Origin: Spirochaetia bacterium
GTDB taxonomy: Bacteria; Spirochaetota; Spirochaetia; DSM-2461
DNA: 64,000 nt
Assembly (NCBI GenBank): GCA_963668315.1
Contig: OY764216.1
Location: 5,056,001-5,120,000 of the forward strand
Reading direction: 5' to 3'
Part shown: positions 39,313 to 49,418 of the stretch, piece by piece
Numbering within the stretch: the stretch's first letter is position 1
How the letters are laid out: each line of letters opens with the position of its first letter
Position numbers and translations under genes: made by a program
The notes under the pieces: model-generated
The model's input: only the letters and a program-made list of their open reading frames with translations
Databases searched by the model: none
What the model was told of the DNA's origin: nothing

Positions 39313-39876
39313 CTATGCTTTTCCATCAAAGCCGAAAGGCTGCATCCATACGGGAATGACCTTACTGAGAATATCAACTGCGCTCTGCGCATCATTTCTC
39401 GCAATTCTCATATTTTTCCAGAGTGTCATAAGCACAAAGTTCTCCACCATTTTTCCCGCATCGTCGCTCTGGTAGACAACGTAGGATTCATTGTATCCCG
39501 TCTCATTTAAAACAGTAAAGGCTGTGAATGTTTCCACCGGTTTCTTGGCGATGTAAATACGGTCCTGCCGCTTGGTCACATAACGCTCAAGTTCTTTAAA
39601 GCGATAGGGAATTCGATGGGTATCTGCACGATAACAGGGATCAATCCCTTTCTGAATATAAGATAGCGGCTCATACAGAACATACAGTTTCCGACCGTCT
39701 GCCTGAAAAGTCATTCCCTCGTCGGTCTGATATATATCCTTCACATTCCCGTAAGAAATTGCTTCAAATCGAGTATAATTTGAAGATTTATCAAAAAAAA
39801 CAGAAACGATATATCCCCCTTCCTGGGGCAAATCGCCTTCCATATATGCTTCAAAAAGATCTTTTATCTCAGCCAT
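39313..39876 (-). CDS. Hypothetical protein
   Basis: AGGAG RBS; upstream TTGACA-17-TAGACT promoter (39936-39964). Confidence 0.8.
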   Translation of the reverse strand: MAEIKDLFEAYMEGDLPQEGGYIVSVFFDKSSNYTRFEAISYGNVKDIYQTDEGMTFQADGRKLYVLYEPLSYIQKGIDPCYRADTHRIPYRFKELERYVTKRQDRIYIAKKPVETFTAFTVLNETGYNESYVVYQSDDAGKMVENFVLMTLWKNMRIARNDAQSAVDILSKVIPVWMQPFGFDGKA

Positions 39877-40031
39877 ATCTATCTCCTGTCAAGTAAAAAA
39901 TGTAAACAATCTTTCTTCTAAAGTAACTACTTAAAAGTCTAATTCAGGGTCCATTTATTGTCAATGACTAAAAATAATTTCATCACTCTTCTCTTGGTAT
40001 GAACGAAGGCTTAAATCTGGTATAATCAATT

Positions 40032-40838
40032 ATGGATTTATCTTCAGCTTTCTCTATCTACAATCTTCCCGATTCAAAGCTTTCACGCGAGGACATAGAT
40101 AGAAGCTTCAAAAAACTCGTAAAAAAATATCATCCCGACCGCAACCAAAAGTATGCGGACTGGTGTCATGAGCGAATGACAGAAATCAATGAAGCCTATG
40201 AAATTCTCATGGGGTATGTGGAAGCTGACCTGGGATCGGACCACAGAGGCAGTAATAGCAGCGGGGGTAACAGAAAAAATGAGTCCTCCCGCGAATCAGA
40301 TTATGGGAGCACGAACTTTTTCAGAAAAGCGGCGAAGCTGTTTTTCGAAGGTGTTCACACTTATTACGATTACGAACTGACAAAAAGATCCCTCCGGCAG
40401 GAAGGGGTCTGGAAATATCACTACCGCAGAGCGGTAAAGATGATGAATAAAGCTCTGGATGAATGGGAAAAAAGAATTACCGCCCATCCTGAGGACAGGG
40501 AAGAAGAAAAATTCCTCTATTTCGGCCGCCTTTTTCTCGCAGATATAGAGGCACAAGAACCTCAGATTCCCCGCTTGATGGGAGATGAAAAGACCCATAT
40601 CGCCTACAGGGAAGCTGTAAACAGCATAGATAAAGCATTTTCAGGTTTTTTCAGCGCCGAAAGGGGTGCAAGAGAAAAACATCTTGCCCCCCTGTATAGA
40701 GCTTCGCACCTGTTGATACTTCTCGTAGAAAATTATCCTCAGACCGAATGGTATAACCTGGCCCTGCAGAAACTGAACTTACTTGATTCATTTCTGGATC
40801 TGCAGGACCTTTTCAGGACGGGAAAAATTACTTTTTAA
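40032..40838 (+). CDS. J-domain protein
   Basis: KKYHPDRN ... EINEAYEIL. Confidence 0.88.
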   Translation: MDLSSAFSIYNLPDSKLSREDIDRSFKKLVKKYHPDRNQKYADWCHERMTEINEAYEILMGYVEADLGSDHRGSNSSGGNRKNESSRESDYGSTNFFRKAAKLFFEGVHTYYDYELTKRSLRQEGVWKYHYRRAVKMMNKALDEWEKRITAHPEDREEEKFLYFGRLFLADIEAQEPQIPRLMGDEKTHIAYREAVNSIDKAFSGFFSAERGAREKHLAPLYRASHLLILLVENYPQTEWYNLALQKLNLLDSFLDLQDLFRTGKITF

Positions 40839-43437
40839 GGTTATGCCGGGCAATCGCCAGTTTTGCAATGGGAATCCCATAGGGTGAGCAGGAAACATAA
40901 TTCAGTCCTACTTCCTTGAAGAAATCCACATTTTCCGGTTCAGCTCCGTGTTCTCCGCAAAGTCCCATCTTCAGATCAGGTCTGACCATGCGGCCCCTTT
41001 GACCGGCAATGCTGATAAGTTCCTTAACAGCCGTATTCAGCGAAGAGAAGGGATTCTTTTCCAGAAGGTCAAACTCGTTATAATCAGGGAAGAATGTATT
41101 AAAGTCATCCCTGGATAATCCCATGGTAGTCTGGGTCAGATCGTTCGTACCGAAACTGAAAAAATCGGCATATCGGGCTATCTGACCGGCGAGAATAGCC
41201 GCTGAGGGTAACTCGATCATCGTACCGACATGGTAGGGAAGAATATCCACTCCGAGCCTTTCCCGTACCTCTTCTTCAATAGTTTCTATACCCACGATCT
41301 CCTTGCCTTCGATCTTCTTGCCGTATCTGACAGCTTTAAGCTCGCTGGGACTCATGACGATAGGAATCATAATTTGCGGACTGGAGATAATATTATCTTC
41401 CTTGCGAAGCTTATAGGCCGCCTCAAAGATAGCAGTAACCTGCATTCTATATATTTCCGGTATGGAAATGGCCAGTCTAACGCCCCTGTGTCCAAGCATG
41501 GGATTCACTTCCCCGATGATGTCACAACGGTTCCGGATCTCTTCGGCGGTAACACTCGGGTGGGATTTCTGGAAGAAGGAAACGAACTCGTCCATTTTCT
41601 CTTTCGTATGGGGAAGAAATTCATGGAGGGGAGCATCGAGCAGTCTTATGGTAACAGGCATTCCATTCATGATCTTGAAGAGTTCATAGAAATCTGTCAT
41701 CTGCATTTTCTGCAGCTGTTTCAAAATCTTATCCCGGTCCTTGCTGTCATCGGTGATGATCATAGAACGGAAGATAGGAATACGTTTATCGTCAAAGAAC
41801 ATGTGCTCAGTCCGGCAGAGTCCGATTCCTTTAGCACCGAATTTTTTTGCCAATTCCGCTTCCCGAGGCTGATCGGCATTAACATAAACGTCGAAGTCCT
41901 CAATTTTTCTCTGAACGATTTCCATAAAGTCCAGCAATCCGCTCTCTTCTATGGATGGCTCTATCAGATCAACCTTACCGAAATAGATCGTAGGTTTATC
42001 ATAGGAAGGAACATCAAGAGAGAGATAATCCCCCTCATTTACCTGTATTCCGTTTATCTTCATTCCCTTATCGTTAAACTTGATATCGGGATTGATCATG
42101 GCAATCTTACCAAGGGAACGGGCTACTACCGGAGCATGGGATGCATATCCCCCGTCTCTGGCGATAACCCCGCGACTGACTTCAATAGCCTTTACATCTT
42201 CGGCATAGGTTGAGGGCATGGCCAGGATGAAGTGATCTTCCAAACCTCTCTGATGGGCGATCCTGGCTTCCTTGACAAGTCGTTCGGTGGAAAAGAAGAC
42301 ACGTCCCACGGCGGCACCGATAGCACCGGAGATTCCCCCTTTCACGGACTTGATCTTTGCCGCTGAAGCTTTGTTCAGAACGGGGTGAAGTATCTCGGCC
42401 AGACGGGGAGGACGGATATCATTCACCGCATAGGCATCGTCAATCAGCCCCTCCTTGTGAAGGCTCAGTAAAGTCTGAATTTCCGCCATGGCGGATTTGT
42501 TCGTAGCTTCATTCTGATCAATGATCCAAAGCTTTCCGTCTTCCACAGTAAACTTTATTCTGCGAATCTCTTTATAATGAGCCTCAAGGGTCTTTGCCAC
42601 CGGTATCAGCGCATCAAGATATTTACTATTCAGCTTGAGAATGTCCGCACCCGTGGAATCCATTTCATCAAAGGAGTCCTTGAAATACAAACCGGAAAGC
42701 TCATTTTTACCGGTTTCAATATCTCTGGTATAGAAAAATCCGGAATAGCTCTCTTTGCCGTAATTACCGAAAGTCATGGACTGGATAAGAAGAGCCGAAT
42801 CGTTCAGGACCTCACTCTTTTTGAATATCTCTTTATAGCGGGTTAGAACATAAAGGAGCTGAACATCGGCATTTTCAAACAAATCAGCAGGATAGAAAGT
42901 CTTGATTTTCTTCAGAAATTCCTTCGTCTCGGGAATTCCCTTGGCTGCGGAAGCTTCATCGATGAGAGCGGATATTTTTTTCAATATCTTCTCATCCTGT
43001 TCAAGTTCCTGATCAAGAAGGAGAATTCTTTTAAGCATTCCTCTGTATTCGTGATAGGCGAACTCCTCCCCCACCTTATCGGCGAATCCGCCCAGGGTAG
43101 TGTCGCAGAGACCTATATTGTGAATACTGAAAGTAGTATCAACCATATTTAAAGTCGTGCTGACAACAACTTTCACGAGGAGAGGGTTTTCACCGCTGTT
43201 ATACTGCTTTTCAACAATCGGTTCCATCGTACCAAGCTGCTCATTCAGCATGGTCAGAGTTTTTTCCCTATTCTCCTCTAAAGTCATAACTGTATCGTTT
43301 GTCAAAACGAAACCGGGAAGAATAGGAATATCCAGAGCAGCCAGCTCCATCATTCGCTGTCCGCGGACACCGCAGAGTTCCAATTCCTGGTCATTTTCTG
43401 CATACACGGTTTTACTGAAGGGAAATACGGCATTCAT
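40828..43437 (-). CDS. PPDK-like PEP-utilising phosphotransferase with a degenerate nucleotide-binding domain
   Basis: GGYASHAPVVAR phospho-His, GIGLCRTEHMFF, EVNPMLGHRG, FSFGTNDLTQ, GLCGEHG; N-terminal ATP-grasp motifs altered. Confidence 0.9.
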   Translation of the reverse strand: MNAVFPFSKTVYAENDQELELCGVRGQRMMELAALDIPILPGFVLTNDTVMTLEENREKTLTMLNEQLGTMEPIVEKQYNSGENPLLVKVVVSTTLNMVDTTFSIHNIGLCDTTLGGFADKVGEEFAYHEYRGMLKRILLLDQELEQDEKILKKISALIDEASAAKGIPETKEFLKKIKTFYPADLFENADVQLLYVLTRYKEIFKKSEVLNDSALLIQSMTFGNYGKESYSGFFYTRDIETGKNELSGLYFKDSFDEMDSTGADILKLNSKYLDALIPVAKTLEAHYKEIRRIKFTVEDGKLWIIDQNEATNKSAMAEIQTLLSLHKEGLIDDAYAVNDIRPPRLAEILHPVLNKASAAKIKSVKGGISGAIGAAVGRVFFSTERLVKEARIAHQRGLEDHFILAMPSTYAEDVKAIEVSRGVIARDGGYASHAPVVARSLGKIAMINPDIKFNDKGMKINGIQVNEGDYLSLDVPSYDKPTIYFGKVDLIEPSIEESGLLDFMEIVQRKIEDFDVYVNADQPREAELAKKFGAKGIGLCRTEHMFFDDKRIPIFRSMIITDDSKDRDKILKQLQKMQMTDFYELFKIMNGMPVTIRLLDAPLHEFLPHTKEKMDEFVSFFQKSHPSVTAEEIRNRCDIIGEVNPMLGHRGVRLAISIPEIYRMQVTAIFEAAYKLRKEDNIISSPQIMIPIVMSPSELKAVRYGKKIEGKEIVGIETIEEEVRERLGVDILPYHVGTMIELPSAAILAGQIARYADFFSFGTNDLTQTTMGLSRDDFNTFFPDYNEFDLLEKNPFSSLNTAVKELISIAGQRGRMVRPDLKMGLCGEHGAEPENVDFFKEVGLNYVSCSPYGIPIAKLAIARHNLKK

Positions 43438-43454
43438 AGACTTATCCTTACAAT

Positions 43455-44426
43455 TTAAAATAGATCAAGAACCGCTCCGACCGGTCCATCGAGAAAGGCT
43501 TCGAAACGGGAACTGGCACCTTCGAAAAGATACTTTTTCAGTTTGGCAACACCTTTGATATCCGCTCCGGCCACGCTGAACATGATAGGGTTACCCCTTT
43601 TCACCTTTCCCCACTTAAAAAGGGCATTAATATCGTTTATTCGTTCACCGTCATACCATATAAGAACATCGCAACCGGGATGGGCAACTTTGTAACTTTC
43701 AATGATTTTCTTCCATGCTTCAACATTACCGTTGTGAAAAAGCTCATTGGTTACGGTAATACCGTATTTTGTAGAAATACGCCGCGGGCCTCCCGGGGCG
43801 GCAGACAGTTCTGAAGGTTCCGCCTCGGAGATTTCGGGAGCGGCAGGAGCTGCCGGCTTTGCCTCCACGGGAATAGAAGCGGGAACCGATTTTCCATCGG
43901 AATAGGCTTTTTTGCCCTTAATATTCGCCCCATAAAGAAGTTTGTAAAAATCGTCGACACAATCATCAAGACTGCTTTTATCAATTCCACTGTCACCGGA
44001 TGGTCCGGCATAAAAAACGATCATTTCACCGTCGTAAAGAGGTAGGTCATTCCACTGGTCTTTGTCCGCAGGATTAATGACGCTCACTTTCCCGTCCGTA
44101 TCCCAGACAAGAAGAACGAGGTGGCATTTATTCCAACCGGCAAGAGTTTCGGCAATTTTATCAACTTTCCCCAGCTTCCCCTTTATATTATGGGAGCGGT
44201 AGGAAAATCCAAACTTATCAACAAGAAGAATATTAATGATGGGAAGTATCTGATATTCATCAATTTCCCGGTTTCCCAGCGACTCATTAATCGCGTCAGC
44301 GAGGTTATACCCCTCGCTGACGTCGTCTGAGAAACCAAGGGCCATTTTGAAATGGCCCAAAGCAAGGTTAAACCCCGCTCTACTAGATAATAGGTTTAAT
44401 TTATTATCCTGTATGGTTTCAGTCAT
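43455..44426 (-). CDS. Protein between cfpA and the PPDK-like gene, with a divergent HPr-like C-terminal domain
   Basis: Starts 3 nt after the cfpA stop; Pro/Ala linker followed by ITVTNELFHNGN...ALFKWGKVKRGNPIMFSVAGAD. Confidence 0.8.
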   Translation of the reverse strand: MTETIQDNKLNLLSSRAGFNLALGHFKMALGFSDDVSEGYNLADAINESLGNREIDEYQILPIINILLVDKFGFSYRSHNIKGKLGKVDKIAETLAGWNKCHLVLLVWDTDGKVSVINPADKDQWNDLPLYDGEMIVFYAGPSGDSGIDKSSLDDCVDDFYKLLYGANIKGKKAYSDGKSVPASIPVEAKPAAPAAPEISEAEPSELSAAPGGPRRISTKYGITVTNELFHNGNVEAWKKIIESYKVAHPGCDVLIWYDGERINDINALFKWGKVKRGNPIMFSVAGADIKGVAKLKKYLFEGASSRFEAFLDGPVGAVLDLF

Positions 44427-44428
44427 AT

Positions 44429-46390
44429 TTACATATCTCTCAGTTCATCAAGATTTACTTTCTTCCTTCTGGAAGGAGTTACATCGGCTTTTCCCTTGGG
44501 AGCGGCGTCTTCACTGGCAGGTGAAGCCAGTTTCTGCGCATACTCGGCTCTCGTGGGTTCTGTTTCTGCAGAAAAGCTCTGATTGATGTCGTCCCTGACA
44601 GTAGAACGTCTTCTCTTGAAGGAAGCAAATGCTGCATCCTGGAATCCTTTGGATATGCCGTTGAGGAACTCATTAAGCACATTGGCCATGGAATTCAGAG
44701 TGTACTTCTTTCTCTTGATGCTGGTGATATCAACATCAAGAAGCAAACCGGGCTGTACATGATAGGGATTGATCAGGTAATCAAAATCATTGAATTCCCT
44801 GTTCAGAAAGGCAATTCTTTCATCAATAACGACACGGGTCTTGGGATTCTGGTAACCGTAGATGAGGCTGACCTTCTCAGAGGTTTTCTTAAGCATTTTC
44901 TTAAGAAGATCTTTCTCGTAGAGATAAGTCTGGTTAAGCTTCTCTACATCCGTATCCTCTTCACGAATTCTCAGGATCTCGTTCCAGGTTTTTTCCTGCT
45001 CTTCATAGATGGGATCACCGGATACATCCTTGATGGTTTTCTTGATTCTGCTTCTGACCTTTTTAGCCAGATCATCAAAATCGTTAACAGCCATAGCCTT
45101 CTTGCTGCTCTGGTAAACAACTTCGACGACATCAAACACATGGGTGATTTCCTGCTGGAAAGCATTCATCTGTTTGTCATAGGCTTCACGCTGTTTGATC
45201 AGCTGAGAACTATCGTAATATTTGAGTCTCATGCTGTATCTTTCATCGGGGAGAAGATCTACATCGGTCTGCTCATACTCGCGAAGGACCAGTTCACGGG
45301 CTCCTTTAAGGTTCTCAACATACTGATACCCCATCTTGCTGGTATCCAGAATTGAGGTAAGGTTGTTGATGGATGTATTGAAACCGCGGTTTCTGATATT
45401 TTCCATATCAACGATCTTCTTGATGTTTTCACGGATGTTCAGAGGATCGAATTCCTCGGGATCAATCTCGGCTCTGAGACCTTCGATCTTATCGACAAGG
45501 TTCTTTGCCATGAAAGTATATCTCTTGGAATCTTCGCTTTCCGCATCATCGTCGGTGAATTCGGGAACACGCTTGATCTTCTCAAACATCATTTCCGTAT
45601 CGGAAAGTTCTTCCTTACCTTCGTCTACGAGCTCATCCTGGTAGATCTCGATTTCCTTGTCGATCATTTCTGTTACGGTTTTGGAAATCTGCTCTTTGAT
45701 GATGTACTCTACGGTTGCCTGGTACTGGAAAATCGGACTGATAAGCTCGGAATCAAGAATATTGATGGAGAGCTTTACGTCGGAAACGGTTTCCGGTTTA
45801 CTGGCGTTATCCTTAAATGAACACTTAACGATGGAGTAAGCATTTTCACCACGGATAAAAGCACCAACATCAGTTTTCTGGCGGAGAAGGGAGTTGGTCT
45901 CGTTTTCAAGATCATTCAGTCCTCTCTGTACATGTCCCTGAAGGTGACCGTACATGTTAACAATGGACTTCTCAATCTCACCGGTGTTGAACTTGTCGGC
46001 ACCGCCAATCTGATCAAGCATTTCGGCAATTTCTTTGGGAGTATAACGGGCCAGCTGTTTCTGCTCTTCCTTATCGATGAAACCTCTGATCTTTTTGACC
46101 ATTTCATCTTCGGAAGTAACCACGTAACGGTTGAACATGTTCTGATAGTTCTGGTTGACGTAGTTATAAAGCTTCTCCTTGAGACCGCCCATGACTTCCA
46201 ACTGCTGAAGCACTTCCTTGGGCAGTTTAGTCTGAACGACATTTAATACTTTATCCGCTTCTTCGTTTATTAGTCTTTCATACTCTTCTTTCTGGGATCT
46301 TCCTTCCTGGGCCAGAGAGTTTCTGGAACCTACGGCCGAAGGTTTAGTAGGATGAAATACATTCGGACTTCTGGGCAATTCACCTGCCAT
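44429..46390 (-). CDS. cfpA: Cytoplasmic filament protein A
   Basis: N-terminus [25 protein letters not shown] is characteristic of spirochaete CfpA; coiled-coil-rich; GAGGAG RBS favours ATG 46390. Confidence 0.93.
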   Translation of the reverse strand: MAGELPRSPNVFHPTKPSAVGSRNSLAQEGRSQKEEYERLINEEADKVLNVVQTKLPKEVLQQLEVMGGLKEKLYNYVNQNYQNMFNRYVVTSEDEMVKKIRGFIDKEEQKQLARYTPKEIAEMLDQIGGADKFNTGEIEKSIVNMYGHLQGHVQRGLNDLENETNSLLRQKTDVGAFIRGENAYSIVKCSFKDNASKPETVSDVKLSINILDSELISPIFQYQATVEYIIKEQISKTVTEMIDKEIEIYQDELVDEGKEELSDTEMMFEKIKRVPEFTDDDAESEDSKRYTFMAKNLVDKIEGLRAEIDPEEFDPLNIRENIKKIVDMENIRNRGFNTSINNLTSILDTSKMGYQYVENLKGARELVLREYEQTDVDLLPDERYSMRLKYYDSSQLIKQREAYDKQMNAFQQEITHVFDVVEVVYQSSKKAMAVNDFDDLAKKVRSRIKKTIKDVSGDPIYEEQEKTWNEILRIREEDTDVEKLNQTYLYEKDLLKKMLKKTSEKVSLIYGYQNPKTRVVIDERIAFLNREFNDFDYLINPYHVQPGLLLDVDITSIKRKKYTLNSMANVLNEFLNGISKGFQDAAFASFKRRRSTVRDDINQSFSAETEPTRAEYAQKLASPASEDAAPKGKADVTPSRRKKVNLDELRDM

Positions 46391-46518
46391 AATCATCTCC
46401 TCTTTTACTGTTGTGGTGTAGGATTATCTAAAAACAATTATAAAACAGTATACTCCTTATTTCAAAAAAAACATAGAAAGTTTTTTTTTATGACCTGTAT
46501 ACAGCTTCTATAATACTT

Positions 46519-49248
46519 TTAGTGCCTATCTAGCCAGCTCTGCACTTCCTTCCTGAAGTTTTCGCAGTTACTGGTTTCAATCAACTCGTTCATCTCCTTA
46601 ATATAGGGAGAGACATCCAGCCCCTTCTCATAAGAGTCGGAGTATTCATTTTTCAACTTTTCAAATATATTTGTATGTTCAGCCAGTTCGCTCTCAAGGA
46701 GGCGAGCAGCGATATACCAGATATTGTCATCGGGCTTAACCTTATAGACGAGATCCCCCGGGATCTTCAGTACAAGCCCCGGCTCGATTATGGTGGGGTC
46801 GGCCCCGTCGACGACATGAAAACCAAGATCACGGTAACCGTTCATAACCGAAATGGCATTCGCCTTCAGATGGATATCAGCCATGGTGATTCGGATTCCC
46901 CCCACCGTGAAGTCATCAAGAAAATCATTGTCCATGACAAAGGGTTTCGTGACTATCGTGTCTGCCGTATCAATAAACTTGACTTCAGGACTATCCGTGC
47001 CGTTTTCCGCCGGAATAATCTCGGCATCTCCCCCGGAGAGAGGTGAAGAATCGGGAACATCCTCGCGACCGGTGAGAACACGTTCACCCGAAGCATTGGG
47101 ATCTCCTGCGTTACCGGACCTGCCTGCCGCGCTGTCTCCCGAACTTTCTCCCGTGGAGTATCGGTCATTACCATTTGTTACGGAATCACCGGTTCCTACG
47201 GCAGCGTTTTCACCGTCGACACGGCCTTCGGCTCCCTGTGCCGTATCTGACCCGGTTTGCATACCGGAGGCAGATGGATCAGGACTCTGATCCTGTGCAG
47301 GATGCCCCTGCGTCTGTGCTCCCGATTCCGTGACCGTTTCGTTGTCGCGGGAAGAAAAATTCCGGCGGACAAATGATCTATCGCCTCTACCGAAATAATC
47401 ATAGCCAAGAAAGCCGAGAAGAGCCAGCAAGAGAAGGAGCAGACCGATTATGGGCCATTTTCTCCCTTTGGAGGAAGAGGCTCCAGGCCTGCCTGTGGAT
47501 GGCCCTGAGAAACTCGCTGAGCCGGGTTGATTGAAAGAAGAAGCCGGTTTAGTGGTTGAGGATGAATCCGATGATGCAGCGGCGGAGGAGGCCGCTTTTT
47601 TCGCAACGCTTTTCTCCTCGGCAAGACTCTCTTCATATTTTTTCATATCCTCCCAGAGAGTGCCCTCATTCAAGGCGTTCAGTATGGCTTCCAGCCTCTT
47701 TCTCTCAGAGAAGAAAAAATCGACCTCTTTCTTATCGCACTGAAGCAATGCCTCATGCATATCGGCCGCTTTTTTGCGGTCACCCGCGGAAATATCAAGC
47801 TTATAAGGAAGATAGAAGCATCCATCCCCGTAACAGTTAGCCGAAAAGAGAAAATCGTCAGCCTGCTGACGGGGCGGGGGGAAGGTTTTACCGAGCAGTC
47901 CTGCCGCTTCTTCCGCTTTTTTAGCCAGGGGTCCTTCCTCCCGGGAGAGAAGGGAGAGAAAAACCACGCAGTTGCAGGCAAATATACCTACCCTTTCATC
48001 TCCCCCTTTCCCGGAATTCCGAAGAAGCCTTTTCATTTCGGCGAAGCTCTTTTCCTGGGGAGGGGAAAGCTGGTTCTTATTTTCTCTCAATCCATCGAAT
48101 AGTCCCGCTACAGCTGAAGCCGTCTCTTTTACAAAAAGAATATCATCGGCCTTCATCTCACTTCGCAGAAGAGCGCGGGAGGTTCTATCGATATAGAGCT
48201 TTTTCAGTTTTTCCCAATCGGGGCTGTCACTGTATATCCTGACCGGAACACCATCGGGAAGAAGACAGTCCTGTTCCACACCATTAAAATTGAGAAATAC
48301 CCCGCCTTTTTCATTAATTTTCGCTGAGATTTTATCGTCCAGATGAAATAGAAAGCTGTCTCCTTCCCATTCTCCGGCAGTTCCATTCCATTCGAATTTT
48401 CCCTTGGCGGAAATATCCTTGAATTGTATGGGGACATCTCTGGATTGCACGTATTCAAAGAGGGGCTCAATTTTCCCGGAAAAGCTCTTATCCCTGGAAA
48501 AGAAGGTCATGGGATTCTTTGCGGCTATGCCTCTTTTAATGAAGTTCATGACACCGGCAGACTTATCCCCTTCCATCTCATCAGGTTTGAGGTCAACCAG
48601 AATACCTTCCAGCCTGTCGGGATTCCATCCGGCACGGGCTAACTTTTTGAAATAGTTTTTATCCCATTTCAATCCCAAAAGTTTGCTGCCGTCAAAAAAG
48701 TAAAGATCCTCCCCGACGCGGAACAGCCCCTTCTCCCTGATACTACCCCCTTCCCAACGGAGAGGATTTTTTCTGAAGATAGTGAGGATTTCAGAGCAGT
48801 AGTAATTATAATGGCGGTCGGATTTTTCTCTCGCATAAAGATCAAAGAGCCTCTGCTCCCCGAAAGTCACGACAATATTGCCCGTATTGTAAAAGTAGAC
48901 ATGATCCTTCCCTTCCCTCTCTTCCTGCTCCCGATAGGAGATGACGTCAGGATCGGTTACATGGAAACGGTCAAAGAAACTTTTGATAACCTCAACAATC
49001 TTAGGCTCGCCCAGATAGCGCCCGCGGTATTTGTGAGTAAGACCCACTTCGCCGAAGGGATTACCTGTGAAAGATTCGGTGATCACAGTATGAGAAATTA
49101 CTTCCAAAACCTGTTCATTCAGCCAGGAACTGTTCCCGATACGAACAAAAGGTTTTATGTCAAGTTCATCTATTCCAAGAAAAAGCAGATAGCATTCACG
49201 GTCAATCCTGAACACTCTGTTCTCCCATGGAATTTGAGTAAAGCTCAT
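46519..49248 (-). CDS. Large single-pass membrane protein with a C-terminal LysM-like region
   Basis: About 600-aa N-terminal part, Ser-rich linker, TM helix WPIIGLLLLLLALLGFLGY, low-complexity spacer, DPTIIEPGLVLKIP / YKVKPDDNIWYIA. Confidence 0.75.
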   Translation of the reverse strand: MSFTQIPWENRVFRIDRECYLLFLGIDELDIKPFVRIGNSSWLNEQVLEVISHTVITESFTGNPFGEVGLTHKYRGRYLGEPKIVEVIKSFFDRFHVTDPDVISYREQEEREGKDHVYFYNTGNIVVTFGEQRLFDLYAREKSDRHYNYYCSEILTIFRKNPLRWEGGSIREKGLFRVGEDLYFFDGSKLLGLKWDKNYFKKLARAGWNPDRLEGILVDLKPDEMEGDKSAGVMNFIKRGIAAKNPMTFFSRDKSFSGKIEPLFEYVQSRDVPIQFKDISAKGKFEWNGTAGEWEGDSFLFHLDDKISAKINEKGGVFLNFNGVEQDCLLPDGVPVRIYSDSPDWEKLKKLYIDRTSRALLRSEMKADDILFVKETASAVAGLFDGLRENKNQLSPPQEKSFAEMKRLLRNSGKGGDERVGIFACNCVVFLSLLSREEGPLAKKAEEAAGLLGKTFPPPRQQADDFLFSANCYGDGCFYLPYKLDISAGDRKKAADMHEALLQCDKKEVDFFFSERKRLEAILNALNEGTLWEDMKKYEESLAEEKSVAKKAASSAAASSDSSSTTKPASSFNQPGSASFSGPSTGRPGASSSKGRKWPIIGLLLLLLALLGFLGYDYFGRGDRSFVRRNFSSRDNETVTESGAQTQGHPAQDQSPDPSASGMQTGSDTAQGAEGRVDGENAAVGTGDSVTNGNDRYSTGESSGDSAAGRSGNAGDPNASGERVLTGREDVPDSSPLSGGDAEIIPAENGTDSPEVKFIDTADTIVTKPFVMDNDFLDDFTVGGIRITMADIHLKANAISVMNGYRDLGFHVVDGADPTIIEPGLVLKIPGDLVYKVKPDDNIWYIAARLLESELAEHTNIFEKLKNEYSDSYEKGLDVSPYIKEMNELIETSNCENFRKEVQSWLDRH

Positions 49249-49418
49249 AGGGGGACTCCTAAGATCAGTATATTTATTATAAAATAATATACCCTTCCCC
49301 TGTAAAAATACAACAACATTTTTTTTTATTCATGCCGGGAGATAAGTATTTTTATCCTGTTCTCATGAAGAAAATGAAGATTATGAAGATATGGAAACCG
49401 GAATAAATTGTAAAAATG

